The translations under genes and the position numbers were made by a program. DNA of 64,000 nt from Candidatus Bathyarchaeota archaeon (GTDB lineage Archaea > Thermoproteota > Bathyarchaeia > 40CM-2-53-6), in the NCBI GenBank assembly GCA_963833125.1, contig CAWHWX010000005.1, forward strand, positions 4,478 through 68,477. The letters are read 5' to 3'. This document shows, in pieces, positions 39,211-49,950 of the stretch. Every line of letters begins with the position of its first letter. Positions within the stretch are counted from its first letter, which is position 1. Below the pieces are notes generated by a model, which worked only from the letters and a program-made list of their open reading frames with translations, searched no databases and had not been told where the DNA came from.

Positions 39211-39762
39211 TCACACTCCACGCCCGCAACGATCACAAAACCTATCCGCCGCAGTGAGCGGGCGTCCGCAAACACAGACCAATCCTCCGAAATCAGCACC
39301 ACAGCCCTGACAGTATCTTGTGGATCGCACTATCTGGGAACCACAACGGCTACAGGCTGCGACCGGTTGCTGCTTGCTTAGAATCCCTGGCCGCATCCCC
39401 GTCGAAGAACTACTGGCGAGTTCCAGCTTGCTCTTCAACCGATTCAGAAAACCGCCCTTAACTTCCCCTACTGGTCGTACCTCTGGAATCTTCATAGACA
39501 GCTGCCTGGAGGCTTTCTCACTTTGCACCGCTTTCTTTTCAGAGGTGGCTAATGCTTGAAGTCTGCTCTCATCCATGTCCAGAATATTCAGCAGAAGTCT
39601 ATACTTCTTCTCGAAGTGAGAGAGTTCCTCAAGAAACGCTTTCCATTCGGTCTCTTCGACCTGGATAAAGGAGTCCAAAGGCTTCTTCGCGTGAAGGTCT
39701 AAGCCTACTCTTAGAAAAGTATGACGCACGAAACCTATGGAAAAGTAAAAGTGTAGTAACAA
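39211..39762 (-). CDS. Coiled-coil protein with C-terminal double zinc ribbon
   Basis: C-terminus CSRCGSQIVRSTRYCQGCGADFGGLVCVCGRPLTAADRFCDRCG has four CxxC-type pairs. The true start may be internal. Confidence 0.6.
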   Translation of the reverse strand: MLLHFYFSIGFVRHTFLRVGLDLHAKKPLDSFIQVEETEWKAFLEELSHFEKKYRLLLNILDMDESRLQALATSEKKAVQSEKASRQLSMKIPEVRPVGEVKGGFLNRLKSKLELASSSSTGMRPGILSKQQPVAACSRCGSQIVRSTRYCQGCGADFGGLVCVCGRPLTAADRFCDRCGRGV

Positions 39763-39805
39763 GCCAGGAACAAGGGGTCGGGCGTCGGTTTGATCTGATT
39801 ATGAG

Positions 39806-40508
39806 TTGCGGAATTTGAGTGAGAAGCACCTGAAAGGAGCGGAGGCTATCCTGAAGCGGAGTTTGAGTGATAGGGATCTCTCTAACGAAATTACGCTTTC
39901 AGCGAGGATTAGCCCGGCCTTACCCGCGGGAGGGGTGCACTTTGATTGTCTATTGAAGGACCGGCAGGGAACCCTGTCCACATCGGCTGTGTTCTCAGGA
40001 ACCTTAAGTCGCAGGAAACCCTTCACCGGGTTGCCTTGACGGAAACTATTTCGAGAACGTAGAATTCCAATCCCTCAACATCTCCCTAACCGATACAGGC
40101 CTCGATGTTCCACTCTTCAAGATTCTAGGAGAACTAATCCCAACGGGGGGAAACTTCCTAGTAACCTACACGCCAAGTTCCGAAGACTCGCGAGCCCATA
40201 AAGAAACCGACCGGGCTTTGGGAAGAGGTTATCCTCCCGTAGTCACACCCATCGGCTACCTACTATTCCTTGCAGACTGCGGCATCGGACTTCAAGACAT
40301 ACGCTCAACAGAAAATGGACGCGTTGGAACCGGCAAACTACAGGGGCGCAGAGCGATGAACGCGGAAGAAAGGAAGAAGAACGGGTTATCTTTGATCCGT
40401 GAACTCCACCATTTCATGGGTACCAAGTCTGAGGTTGATGAACTCGCACGCGCGTGCAGAACGAGAGCATTCGCAACGATAGAGAAAATTCATGCCACGA
40501 GCGGCTGA
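39806..40508 (+). CDS. Conserved-looking hypothetical protein, ~230 aa (frameshift ~40020-40035)
   Basis: ORF 39806-40039 and the open frame leading into ORF 40218-40508 join as ..RRKPFTG|CLDGNYFENVEFQSLNISLTDTGLDVPLFKILGELIPTGGNFLVTY...GYPPVVTPIGYLLFLADCG... I have a vague memory of an archaeal DUF but cannot name it. Confidence 0.45.
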
Positions 40509-40550
40509 ACCTAACATTCCAGCCGAATCGGCTTAGTTCTCGTTAACAGT

Positions 40551-41369
40551 TCACGCGGGTTCTCGAGTTTGCTTTCCCGGCTTGCTTCGCCAGACCTCAT
40601 CGAAGAGTCTCTCAGAGAGCTCAACAAGCGGTCTATTCGTGGTCCACACCGCAACATCAGACCCCTGATCAGTTCTAGCATCATCTGGCATACAGTCCAA
40701 AACCACCAATTCTCTTGAGTCCACGCAAACGAAAATCGGAAGCGGTTCTTGGGTGGATCTGAAATCAACAATTTCAGAGAACTCATTCACTAGCGCAGAG
40801 TTCTCGGATGTTACGGGGGATAGTACCCTTACCTTCGCTCCCTGCTTAGCCGCATGTTCCAGGGCATTAGCGTGCACTCTGTAAGCTCGAATCAGTCCAG
40901 CTGAACTTGTTGAGTAGCTGATTGACTTCGAGGCGTCTTTCATAAGTTGATTCAGTTTATTGTAAATGCTTTTTCTCCCATCAACCTTCCAAAACTGGTC
41001 TGACTGTGTAGGGGTATCGCGCTTCACATACTTGCTAGATTCGTAAGTCATCGCAAGCGACTGTACGACCTGCTCGGAATCCTTAACGTCATGATCGAGC
41101 CGGGTGACTATGGGCATTAGAGCTTCTAGCGGTGAACCTGGGGAATAGATCTCTGGTTTCCCAGGCGTTATGCTAACCAATCCCTTTCGCTGAAGCTCCT
41201 TTATCGCACCGTAAGTTTTTGTGCGGGGAACTTGGCTGAAAAAACTTAGTTGGCTGGCTTTGATTGGCCCATTCCTCAGGAGCGCGAGGTAGAGTCGAGA
41301 CTCGTACTCAGTCAGACCTAGTCTACGTAGAGCGGTAATCTCACTTTCTTCAGCTCCCAAGCAAAACAA
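40551..41369 (-). CDS. TrmB-family transcriptional regulator
   Basis: N-terminal wHTH LRRLGLTEYESRLYLALLRNGPIKASQLSFFSQVPRTKTYGAIKELQRKGLV is the classic TrmB signature. A TrmB_C-like C-terminal domain follows. Confidence 0.85.
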   Translation of the reverse strand: MFCLGAEESEITALRRLGLTEYESRLYLALLRNGPIKASQLSFFSQVPRTKTYGAIKELQRKGLVSITPGKPEIYSPGSPLEALMPIVTRLDHDVKDSEQVVQSLAMTYESSKYVKRDTPTQSDQFWKVDGRKSIYNKLNQLMKDASKSISYSTSSAGLIRAYRVHANALEHAAKQGAKVRVLSPVTSENSALVNEFSEIVDFRSTQEPLPIFVCVDSRELVVLDCMPDDARTDQGSDVAVWTTNRPLVELSERLFDEVWRSKPGKQTREPA

Positions 41370-41851
41370 CCCAAGTGCGTTGGCTCATCCTGGAGCGAAG
41401 CGAGATCATCTTTCCGACATATATTGGCACTATGGTTGAGGCCGCAACGAAAATGTCCAAGAAACATCCGTCTTCAGGTTAGTTGCGCCCACATAATCAC
41501 CTACGGCTATTCTTGTACAAATGCCGCCCCTAGAGCACGGCATTCTTGACTAGACTTCGTGAGGGTGCAAACACAAACTAATGGAGGCACACATCGAGGA
41601 GCATCCAAATTCAGGTAACGCATCCATAGGGGCTTCAGATCGTGGACTCAGTCGAACCGGAGAATCGCATCGAATCCGAATAGAACCGAGTGCGATTGCT
41701 CGTGCGACGAATGTATCAAAGGCGACCACGCGAATTGCCAGCTCGGCCTATGCTGGCCTTCCTGGCCCGTCTAGAAAGTTCCTGGCGAGAGGGTCGCCAA
41801 ATCAGCAAGAAACGAGTATGCTTCACGGCTGCAAAATCTCAAAAATAATTC

Positions 41852-42355
41852 TCACGTGGAGTGCTGAAATACTTCTGCGAATTCGCCGCCGGTCAACTCT
41901 TTCAACTTCTTCGGGTCGATTCCGAAGACGGCGTTAGGCGTTCCGGCCGCGGCGTAGACTACCTGGAAACGCATTAGGCTGGGATCCAAAATCGTTCTTA
42001 GCGGATTATCGTGCGCTACGGGTGGGACACCGCCGACGGGGAAACCGGTAACCTGCTTCACCGTCTTCGCATCTGCGATCTTCACCTTTCCCTTCCCCAC
42101 TCGATCAGCCAGCTTCTCGAGGTCTACTCTATTCGACCCACTTGCGATAACCAAGATCGGTTGTTGGTCATCTACGATGAAGACGAGAGATTTGGCGATC
42201 TGGGCTACTTCACATCCAATCGCTGCGGCAGCCAACTCGGAAGTTCGAGTAGATTTATCGAATGTTACGATTTCGATGTCTATTCCACGTGATTTGATGA
42301 AGTTCTGAACCAGCAACGAATTGTCGTTAATCGCCACGTTCGCACCTTCTTCCAA
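41852..42355 (-). CDS. YbaK/ProX-type aminoacyl-tRNA deacylase domain protein
   Basis: ..IAKSLVFIVDDQQPILVIASGSNRVDLEKLA...VKQVTGFPVGGVPPVAH.. matches YbaK/prolyl-tRNA-synthetase editing-domain motifs. Confidence 0.8.
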   Translation of the reverse strand: MEEGANVAINDNSLLVQNFIKSRGIDIEIVTFDKSTRTSELAAAAIGCEVAQIAKSLVFIVDDQQPILVIASGSNRVDLEKLADRVGKGKVKIADAKTVKQVTGFPVGGVPPVAHDNPLRTILDPSLMRFQVVYAAAGTPNAVFGIDPKKLKELTGGEFAEVFQHST

Positions 42356-42480
42356 GTGTCTACTGGTTCAGTTGTCTTGATACGCACATTGAACGGACAA
42401 CTCTTTCCTGTATACAGAAAAATATCGGTAGGCCTGACTCAAATCAGGCCTCTCGATTGAGGTAGGTTTCTAAACGGTTT

Positions 42481-43089
42481 CTAGTGCTTTGCTTTGGTGA
42501 AGCGTTGGTCAACATCTGACCAGTTTACTACGTCCCACCACTTGTCGACGTAGGCGCCTCTGTCGTTCTTGTACTGTAAATAGTACGCGTGCTCCCAGAC
42601 GTCGATGCCTAGGAGTATTGGGAGTTGGGCGAGGTGCATGAAGTTTTGTTTCTCGACTTGTGTGAGGACAAGTTGGTCGGTGGTGTTGTCGTAGAGTAGT
42701 AGGGCCCAGCCTGAGCCTTCGACTGCTTTAGCTGCGTCGCCGAATTGTTGTTTGAATTTGTCGAAGCCGCCGAAGTCTGCTTTGATCTTGTCGCCTACGG
42801 CGCCGCCTGGTGTTCCGCCTCCTTTGCCTGGGGGCGCCATGTTCGGCCAGAAGATGCTGTGGAGGATGTGGCCTCCAAAGTGGAAGCTGTAGTCCCTCAG
42901 AACTGCTTTGATGTCAATCTGGGCTTCGCCCTTGCGGGCTTTGTCAAGTTTGTCGAGCGCGGCGTTTGCACCATTCACGTAGGCTGCGTGGTGCTTGTCA
43001 TGGTGGAGCGTCATTATCTCTTGCGAGATAACTGGTTCGAGCGCGTTGTACTTGTACGGTAATTCCGGAAGAGTGTATTTGTTTGGCAT
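42481..43089 (-). CDS. sodA: Fe/Mn superoxide dismutase
   Basis: LPELPYKYNALEP, metal ligands in LHHDKHHAAYV and GIDVWEHAYYLQY. Probable start MPNKY at 43089 (the ORF track begins 13 codons earlier). Confidence 0.95.
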   Translation of the reverse strand: MPNKYTLPELPYKYNALEPVISQEIMTLHHDKHHAAYVNGANAALDKLDKARKGEAQIDIKAVLRDYSFHFGGHILHSIFWPNMAPPGKGGGTPGGAVGDKIKADFGGFDKFKQQFGDAAKAVEGSGWALLLYDNTTDQLVLTQVEKQNFMHLAQLPILLGIDVWEHAYYLQYKNDRGAYVDKWWDVVNWSDVDQRFTKAKH

Positions 43090-43187
43090 AAGCTCAGAGG
43101 GTTGCGTCACGAAACATAAACCTTTCACCGAACCGGAATGGGGTTATGCGGTGATACGGTTATTCGAGCAAGCGAAACATCCGTAGT

Positions 43188-43595
43188 CTAGACTAGCTGC
43201 TTGACTTCTTCCGTAACCGCTTGTCCAAGGTGTCCGTAAACCGCCAGTTTCAGAACCTTCAAACCGAGTAAGGCGCATTTTATTCGTGTCGGGCCGGGGT
43301 CAATGCCTAGAAGTTCTAGAACATTTGGCTTACCCATTGCTTTGACGTCGTCGAGTGTCTTTCCTTTGGCAACTTCGGTAAGCATAGAGGCTGATGCTTG
43401 GCTGATGGCGCATCCTTTTCCTTTGAAGCGTATGTCATCGATCTTGTTGTCTTTGATTTTGAGTTGCATTTCGATAATGTCTCCACACAGCGGGTTCGAA
43501 TCCTTTGCCCGCACGTCAGGGTCGGGTAGGTCGCCGAAGTTGCGCGGGTTCCTGTAGTAGTCTAGGATAATGTCCTTGTAGATGTCAGAACTCAT
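43188..43595 (-). CDS. sufU: SufU/IscU-type Fe-S cluster scaffold (SUF system NifU family)
   Basis: YYRNPRNFG, NPLCGD, GKGCAISQASASM and RIKCALL. 4-bp overlap with the sufS stop. Confidence 0.9.
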   Translation of the reverse strand: MSSDIYKDIILDYYRNPRNFGDLPDPDVRAKDSNPLCGDIIEMQLKIKDNKIDDIRFKGKGCAISQASASMLTEVAKGKTLDDVKAMGKPNVLELLGIDPGPTRIKCALLGLKVLKLAVYGHLGQAVTEEVKQLV

Positions 43596-44841
43596 CGCGC
43601 AAATAGCTTCCTGGCTTTCTCGAGAGCGTCAATGAACACGTCAACCTCTTCCTTGGTGTTGTAAATATAGAAACTTGCCCTTGAAGTGGCTGGCAATTCA
43701 AGGAATTCCATCAGGGGCTGAGCGCAATGGTGACCAGATCTAATGGCTATTCCCTCTTCGTCGAGGATAGAGGCGAGGTCATGCGGGTGAATGTCGCCTA
43801 AATTGAATGAAACCACACCGACTCTGCGCCCCACATCAATCGGCCCATACAAGGTTAGGCCTTCCACCTCCCTCATCCGTTCAAGTGCGTAGCCTGTGAT
43901 CTCTTTCTCGTGATCATGCACGTTTCGCATCCCAATTCCTCGGAGATAGTCAACTGCCGCTCCAAGCCCGATGGCTCCTGAGATGTTAGGCGTCCCTGCT
44001 TCGAACTTGTAGGGGGGCTCCTTCCAAGAGGCCTCAGTTGTGTGTACTTCCCGAATCATCTCGCCACCGCCAAGAAATGGTGGCATACTCTCGAGTAACT
44101 CCGTCTTTCCATAAAGGCCCCGATACCGGTAGGGCCAAGCATCTTGTGACCGGAAAAGGCGGCGAAATCGCAGTCAATATCCCTAACGTCAACCGTCATG
44201 TGGGGCACCGATTGAGCGGCATCAATCAAGAACATCGCGCCGTAACGGTGGGCTACTCGCCCAATCTCATTAACCTGGTTTATCGTCCCGAGCACGTTCG
44301 AGGCATGTGTCACGCAGACGATCTTCGTCTTCTCATCAACAAGTTCGTGAATCTCATCCTGACGGAGTTCTCCTGTCTGATCGATTTTGACAAACTCAAT
44401 TTTCGCACCCTTCTCTTTGGCCAGTAATTGCCAAGGGACGATGTTGCTGTGGTGTTCCATGATCGTCAGAACGATCTTATCCCCGGGGCTAATGTTTGCT
44501 CGGCCCCAAGAGTACGCTACTAGGTTAATCGCTTCGGTCGCATTTCGGGTAAAGATAATTTCTTGGGTTCGCTTGGCGTTGACGAACTTCGCAACCTTCT
44601 CCCTGGCCTCCTCATGCGCAAGCGTTGCTTCCTCTGCGAGTTTGTGAATCCCTCGATGGATGTTGGCATTGTATTCTCGATAGTACCTGCCGATTGCGTC
44701 AATCACGACGTTCGGTTTCTGAGAGGTGGCCGCATTATCGAAATAGACGAGTGGTTTGTCGTTGACCTGGCGCTTCAGGACTGGGAAGTCCTCTCGAATC
44801 CTTGCCACATTTATCGCACTGAGCTTTTCAACCAACGCCAT
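43592..44841 (-). CDS. sufS: Cysteine desulfurase SufS (frameshift ~44110-44118)
   Basis: YFDNAATSQKP, PLP-lysine motif FSGHKMLGPTGIG and catalytic Cys in IRSGHHCAQP. The N- and C-terminal parts are ORFs 44056-44841 and 43592-44086. Confidence 0.9.
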
Positions 44842-44919
44842 ATCACACGAATCTTAGTTGCGGTGGAGACATTATCGACTTCGAGGCGATATAAGCTCTC
44901 CAACCGGTCCACAGAGGTG

Positions 44920-45264
44920 TTAAACCTGAACGTATACGCTTGTCCCTTCAACCTTCAAGCCGTAAGTCTTCAGAGGCACGGTGGCCGGTGGGTTTTGCAC
45001 TTCTCCAGTTATCACGTCAAACCGCGAGAGATGGAGAGGACAGGTTACCACGGAACCGATTAGGAAACCCGTAGAGAGATCGGCAGTCTCATGGGTACAC
45101 ACCCGGTCCGTAGCGTTCAATTTTCCATCCACGTTAACGATCATAAGCTTCTTGTCCCCTAGATCCACTGCACGCATAGATCCCGCCGGAACGTCAGAAA
45201 CTTCGCAAACCTTCACATAACCACTCATTCTGGACAGCTCCCCCTCATTCAAGGCCGCCGGCAT
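44920..45264 (-). CDS. Rieske [2Fe-2S] domain ferredoxin
   Basis: CTHETADL...CPLHLSRF (C-x-H ... C-x-x-H), 114 aa. Confidence 0.85.
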   Translation of the reverse strand: MPAALNEGELSRMSGYVKVCEVSDVPAGSMRAVDLGDKKLMIVNVDGKLNATDRVCTHETADLSTGFLIGSVVTCPLHLSRFDVITGEVQNPPATVPLKTYGLKVEGTSVYVQV

Positions 45265-45443
45265 TCCATATTAGAAAAGTTACGCCAATTAAGTGCAACA
45301 GATTTTCCATTATCGAGTCTGTACCATTCACTTGTATGAATGCGATTCTGAGATATCGGAGTCACAGCCTAATCCAAGTAAGGACTTAGTCGGAGAATCC
45401 CGATAAGTCTTTAATCCATTCAAATCCCTAGCGGAAGCTTGTA

Positions 45444-45998
45444 TTGCTGATGAGTCAGAAAAGGGAAATTGCAACCCTAGCTGGAGGGTGCTTCTGGTGC
45501 ACGGAAGCAGTATTCACGGAGTTGAAGGGCGTCGAGCAAGTTGAGTCAGGTTACGCTGGCGGGACTGTGCCAAATCCGACTTATGATCAAGTCTGCACGG
45601 GCAGAACGGGGCACGCGGAAGCGGTTCAAGTTACCTTTGATCCATCAATAATCTCTTACGAAGAGCTTCTGAAGATCTTCTTCACGGTCCACGACCCGAC
45701 AACCCTCAACAGGCAGGGAGCGGACGTGGGGACTCAATATCGCTCGGCAATTTTCTGCCACGATGATCAGCAGAAGTCAGTAGCGCAACAGGTCGTAAGT
45801 GAGGTCACGGCAGCAAAGCTTTGGAAGGCGCCTATAGTGACGCAGATTGAACCGTTCCACGCCTTTTACAAAGCGGAAGCCTATCACATGGATTACTTCA
45901 AGAATAACCCACGCCAACCCTACTGCCAAATGGTTATCGCGCCGAAAGTGAGGAAGTTCCGGGAACACTACATGGAGAAGCTAAAGAGCCAGGTTTAG
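45444..45998 (+). CDS. msrA: Peptide methionine (S)-S-oxide reductase MsrA
   Basis: ATLAGGCFWCTEAVF, GYAGG, HAEAVQVTFDP, DPTTLNRQGADVGTQYRSAIF. Confidence 0.95.
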   Translation: MLMSQKREIATLAGGCFWCTEAVFTELKGVEQVESGYAGGTVPNPTYDQVCTGRTGHAEAVQVTFDPSIISYEELLKIFFTVHDPTTLNRQGADVGTQYRSAIFCHDDQQKSVAQQVVSEVTAAKLWKAPIVTQIEPFHAFYKAEAYHMDYFKNNPRQPYCQMVIAPKVRKFREHYMEKLKSQV

Positions 45999-47412
45999 CG
46001 GTACTTGTAGTGTCCCTCGAATATGTCTCTGGTTTTGTGTCCTTCTTCGTAGTATTCATCGTCGAATGCCGGGACCGTTAGGGAAGAAGTGAAGTCGTAG
46101 ATTCCCGACCACTTTAGGTCGAGGATCCGTCGAATCCGTTTCGCGATCTCCGGTACTGGTATTCGTTCGACTATTGGTTCGAAGAATCCAACTATGATGA
46201 GTTTCTTCGAGTCGTCTTCTGATAGGCCTCTCGACATGAGATAGAATATTTCTTCCTCATTGATTTGGGCAACTGACGCCGAATGAGTGGCTTTCACGTC
46301 GTTGGTGTCAATTTCAAGCCCGGGTATGGCGTCGGCTAAAGCATCCTTCCCAAGTATCATTGCATGCTCCGCGAGATAGGCCCGGGAGTTTTTGGCGTTT
46401 TTATCGATTCTAATCATGCCTTTGAAAATGGCTCTTGACTTGTCCTTGACCACCCCTTTCGAGATGGCGTGGCCGCTGGTGTTTGGTCCGCTATGGGTTA
46501 TGTTCGAAACGGTATCGAAGCGTTGTGTGCCCGCTCCAAACACGACCTCAACATTCTCAGAAGATGCGCCTGATTCTTTCATTACGCTCTCAATTCGAGA
46601 ACGTGTAAACGCCCCGCCCAACAACCCGGACGCCCAAACCATCTTGGTGTCTTGTTTCCCGATCGATTTCTTGTTCGAGAACACGTTTACGCTTTGGCCA
46701 AGGTTATTGATGCTGCCGTAGGTAACTTCTGCCCCATCGTGTAGATAGACCTCCGAGAGGTTGCTGTAGGTTGATTTTCTCGATTGAGCAGTCAGACGGG
46801 TCGAGTAGAGTTCTTCAATAATCGTGAACTTGCTCCGATTTTCCGCCATCACGAGATTCTGGGCGAAAACTCCGCTGTCTTCAGAGTCGAGTATGGTTAC
46901 AAATCTGAATGGGACGGTTACCTCAATGCCTTTCGGGACGCGCAGGTAGAATCCTGAGGTGAAGAGGGCGTTGTTCAGCGCTGCGAACTTGTCTTCCTCT
47001 GGGAGTATTGCTTTCTCTAGGAAGTAACGATGGAAAGTTTCCGGTTCGTTGTGAATCGCGGTTCCTATGTCTGTGAAGGTGACGCCTTCCTTTCGGAGGG
47101 CTTCAGGTATCTCCGCGGGAAAGTTTTCGATTCGATCTGGAATATGGTGAGAGCTCTGTCCGATTTCAGCTTGTCCATAACTGTTTCAATTTGTGCCTTC
47201 GCAGGTTCCGTAGGGGTTAGAGTTGTAGATTCAAAGTCGACTCCGGCCAAGTCCACATACTTGGTGTAGAGGTTGGAGGTCTCGGCTGGCAGTTTTCGGT
47301 AGAGGTTGAGTGACTTGAGGCGGAATTCCTGCAACCATTCCGGTTCCTTCCTCGATTCTGCCAGCGAGCGGATGTACTGGTCGGTTGCTTGGGTCAGCGT
47401 CAACGTTGACAT
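45995..47412 (-). CDS. sufD: Fe-S cluster assembly protein SufD (frameshift ~47125-47170)
   Basis: The C-terminal beta-helix region has ..ISKGVVKDKSRAIFKGMIRIDKNAKNSRAYLAEHAMILG...[35 protein letters not shown]... The frame stays open upstream of 46852 to ~47130 (RIENFPAEIPEALRKEGVTF..) and joins ORF 47065-47412. Confidence 0.85.
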
Positions 47413-47467
47413 TAGTATGCACTGCCTCGGGCAGGGGAGGTCGGTACAGATTAAAGGAGGGTTTGGT

Positions 47468-48872
47468 TTAGCCGACTGAGCCGGCCATTTCCATTTGGAT
47501 GAGCCTGTTCAATTCGATGGCGTATTCCATTGGTAGTTCCTTTGTGAATGGTTCCATGAATCCCATGACGATCATGCTGAGTGCCTCTTGCTCTGATAAG
47601 TCCGCGGGACATGAGGTAGAATAGTTGGTCTTCGCCGATCTTGCCCACTGATGCCTCATGGGTAGTTGTAGCGTCGTCTTCGTTGATCTCGTTGTAGGGG
47701 TAAGTATCCGTCCTTGAAAATTCATCAAGCAGTAGGGCGTCGCATCTGACGGTTGATCTAACCTGCTTAGCTCCCTTGGCGACGTGGAGGAGGCCTCGGT
47801 AGGTAGTCCTACCCCCATCCTTTGAGACTGATTTGGAAGTAATTCGAGAAGTTGTGCGTGGGGCGAGGTGTACGACCTTTCCGCCGGCGTCTTGGTGTTG
47901 GCCTTTGCCAGCAAATGCAACTGAGAGAATCTCTCCTTTCGCTCCTGGTCCGAGCAAGTAGATTGATGGATATTTCATCGTGAGTTTGCTGCCGAGGTTT
48001 CCGTCAACCCATTCAACAGTCGCGTTGGCGTATGCGTAGGCTCGCTTCGTGACCAAGTTGTAGACGTCACCAGACCAATTCTGGATAGTTGTGTAACGCA
48101 CGGACGCGCCAGGTCTAGCTATAATCTCAACCACCGCTGAGTGCAGTGAATCAGTGGAGTAAATTGGGGCTGTACAACCTTCTATGTAGTGAACGCGGCT
48201 GTTCTCATCGGCTATGATGAGCGTTCGCTCAAACTGGCCCATGTTCTGCGTGTTGATTCTGAAATATGCCTGAAGCGGCACATCAACTGTAACGCCTGGT
48301 GGCACATAGATGAAACTTCCGCCACTCCAAACCGCGCTGTTCAATGCTGCGAACTTGTTGTCTTCGGGTGGAACGACGGTCCCGAAATATTTCTTGAAGA
48401 TTTCCGGGTTTTCACGTAAAGCCGTGTCGGTGTCCTTGAAAATGATTCCTTTCTTCGCGAGGTCGTCTCTGAGGCTGTGGTAAACGACTTCAGATTCGTA
48501 CTGAGCTCCAACGCCACCCAAGAACTTCTGCTCGGCTTCTGGTATGCCTAGTTTGTCGAAGGTGTTCTTGATGTACGGGGGCACGTCCTCCCATGAACGG
48601 CTTTTCTTCTCGGTAGGGCTTGCGTAATACAACATTTCGTCGAACTTGAGAGTGGTAAGGTCCCCGCCCCACATGGGTAAGGGCCTCTTCAAGTAATGAT
48701 CATAAGCGCGCAGCCTGAACTGGAGCATCCAGTCAGGTTCCTTCTTGATCTTAGAAATTCTCTCGACAACTTCTCTGGTCAATCCCGGCGGAAACTTATA
48801 CTCGTAATCTTCGGTGGAGTCTCTAAAGTTATACTTAGTATAGTCAATGTCGAGAGTTTGTTTAGTTGCCAT
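47468..48872 (-). CDS. sufB: Fe-S cluster assembly protein SufB (frameshift ~47594-47600)
   Basis: ..[11 protein letters not shown]..., ..[21 protein letters not shown].., ..[21 protein letters not shown]. The conserved C-terminus [42 protein letters not shown] continues in the adjacent frame (ORF 47468-47920). Confidence 0.95.
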
Positions 48873-48893
48873 CGTTAATCACTGAGCCCCTCC

Positions 48894-48909
48894 TATGACA
48901 TACGTTATA
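48894..48909. promoter_or_regulatory. Copy 1 of a conserved 16-nt motif TATGAC(A/G)TACGTTAT(A/G) in the sufC-sufB spacer
   Basis: tatgacatacgttata lies 22 nt upstream of the sufB ATG, followed on the coding strand by AGGAGGGG. Confidence 0.5.
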
Positions 48910-48919
48910 AGTGTTCCCT

Positions 48920-49708
48920 TCAAACGGTTGCAGCAGCCTCCTGCTCGATCCACGAGTACCCTTTCTCTTCAAGCAACTTCGCCAGCTCGGGTCCTCCAGA
49001 CCTGAATATTCGACCATTCACCATCACATGCACGAATTGCGGCCTAATATAATCAAGAATCCGTTGATAATGAGTGATCAGCAGAACGCCCATCTGTGGG
49101 CCAGCCATTCGAGCAACAACCTCCGCAACCTTCCTCACAGCGTCAATATCCAAACCCGAATCTGTCTCATCCATAATGGCTATCGCAGGTTGAAGAATTG
49201 CCATTTGAAGAACTTCAGCCCGCTTCTTTTCGCCCCCAGAGAATCCTTCGTTCAAATAGCGTTTCGAAAATGCAGGGTCCATATCGACCTCTTTCATTTT
49301 CTCCTCAAGCTTTTTCTTGAATGCAAGAGCCGAGATCATTTCCCCGCCGACACCTTTTGTGTCGCTCTTCGCCTCACCCTTTAGAGATCTGTAGGCAGAG
49401 CGAAGGAATTGTGCGAGCGGAACACCGGAAATTTCGAGGGGGTATTGGAACGCTAGGAAAAGGCCTCGCTTCGCGCGTTGGTCTGGCGCCATGCTTACGA
49501 TGCTTTCGCCGTTGACCAAGATGTCGCCGCTATCGACTTTGTATTTTGGATGGCCCATCAGCGTGTTTGCTAATGTGCTCTTTCCTGAACCGTTCGGGCC
49601 CATGATCGCGTGAATTTCACCTTGAACAACCTTCAGATCAACCCCTTTCAGAATCTGTTTACCTTCGATACTAACGTGAAGATCTTTGATTTCGAGTGTG
49701 GTCGGCAT
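48920..49708 (-). CDS. sufC: Fe-S cluster assembly ATPase SufC
   Basis: Walker A GPNGSGKST, ABC signature FSGGEKKR, Walker B AIMDETDSGLD, H-loop ITHY. Confidence 0.95.
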   Translation of the reverse strand: MPTTLEIKDLHVSIEGKQILKGVDLKVVQGEIHAIMGPNGSGKSTLANTLMGHPKYKVDSGDILVNGESIVSMAPDQRAKRGLFLAFQYPLEISGVPLAQFLRSAYRSLKGEAKSDTKGVGGEMISALAFKKKLEEKMKEVDMDPAFSKRYLNEGFSGGEKKRAEVLQMAILQPAIAIMDETDSGLDIDAVRKVAEVVARMAGPQMGVLLITHYQRILDYIRPQFVHVMVNGRIFRSGGPELAKLLEEKGYSWIEQEAAATV

Positions 49709-49762
49709 ACAATTTCATCTGTAAGAGTTTTGTTCGGGTAGAGGGAAATTGGCGCTATTAAA

Positions 49763-49778
49763 TATGACGTACGTTATG
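49763..49778. promoter_or_regulatory. Copy 2 of the TATGAC(A/G)TACGTTAT(A/G) motif, abutting an A/T-rich TATA-like box upstream of sufC
   Basis: tatgacgtacgttatg. On the coding strand it reads CATAACGTACGTCATATTTAATAGCG, with ATATTTAATA ~45-55 nt upstream of the sufC ATG. Confidence 0.5.
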
Positions 49779-49950
49779 AAAAGTTCAGAACCCAACTGGT
49801 AACGGGGCGGACTTTCGATAAGGGCCGCGCTTCCGCTTCCGAGACTTCGTCCTCTTCTCAATGTTACGCTGAATATGATCAGTGACGTCCGACATAGTTT
49901 CGCACAACACCACTCGACGTAAATGGCGAACTTAATCCTAAGAGTTGTTA

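Noticed and set aside
41370-41851. ~480-bp gap between the TrmB and YbaK genes, including ORF 41581-41937; considered as a possible ncRNA or small gene
   Set aside because: The ORF is Arg/Ser-rich and overlaps the ybaK 3' end. I found only short hairpins (for example ATGCCG..CGGCAT) and no C/D-box, SRP or riboswitch-like signature. It is left unannotated rather than claimed.
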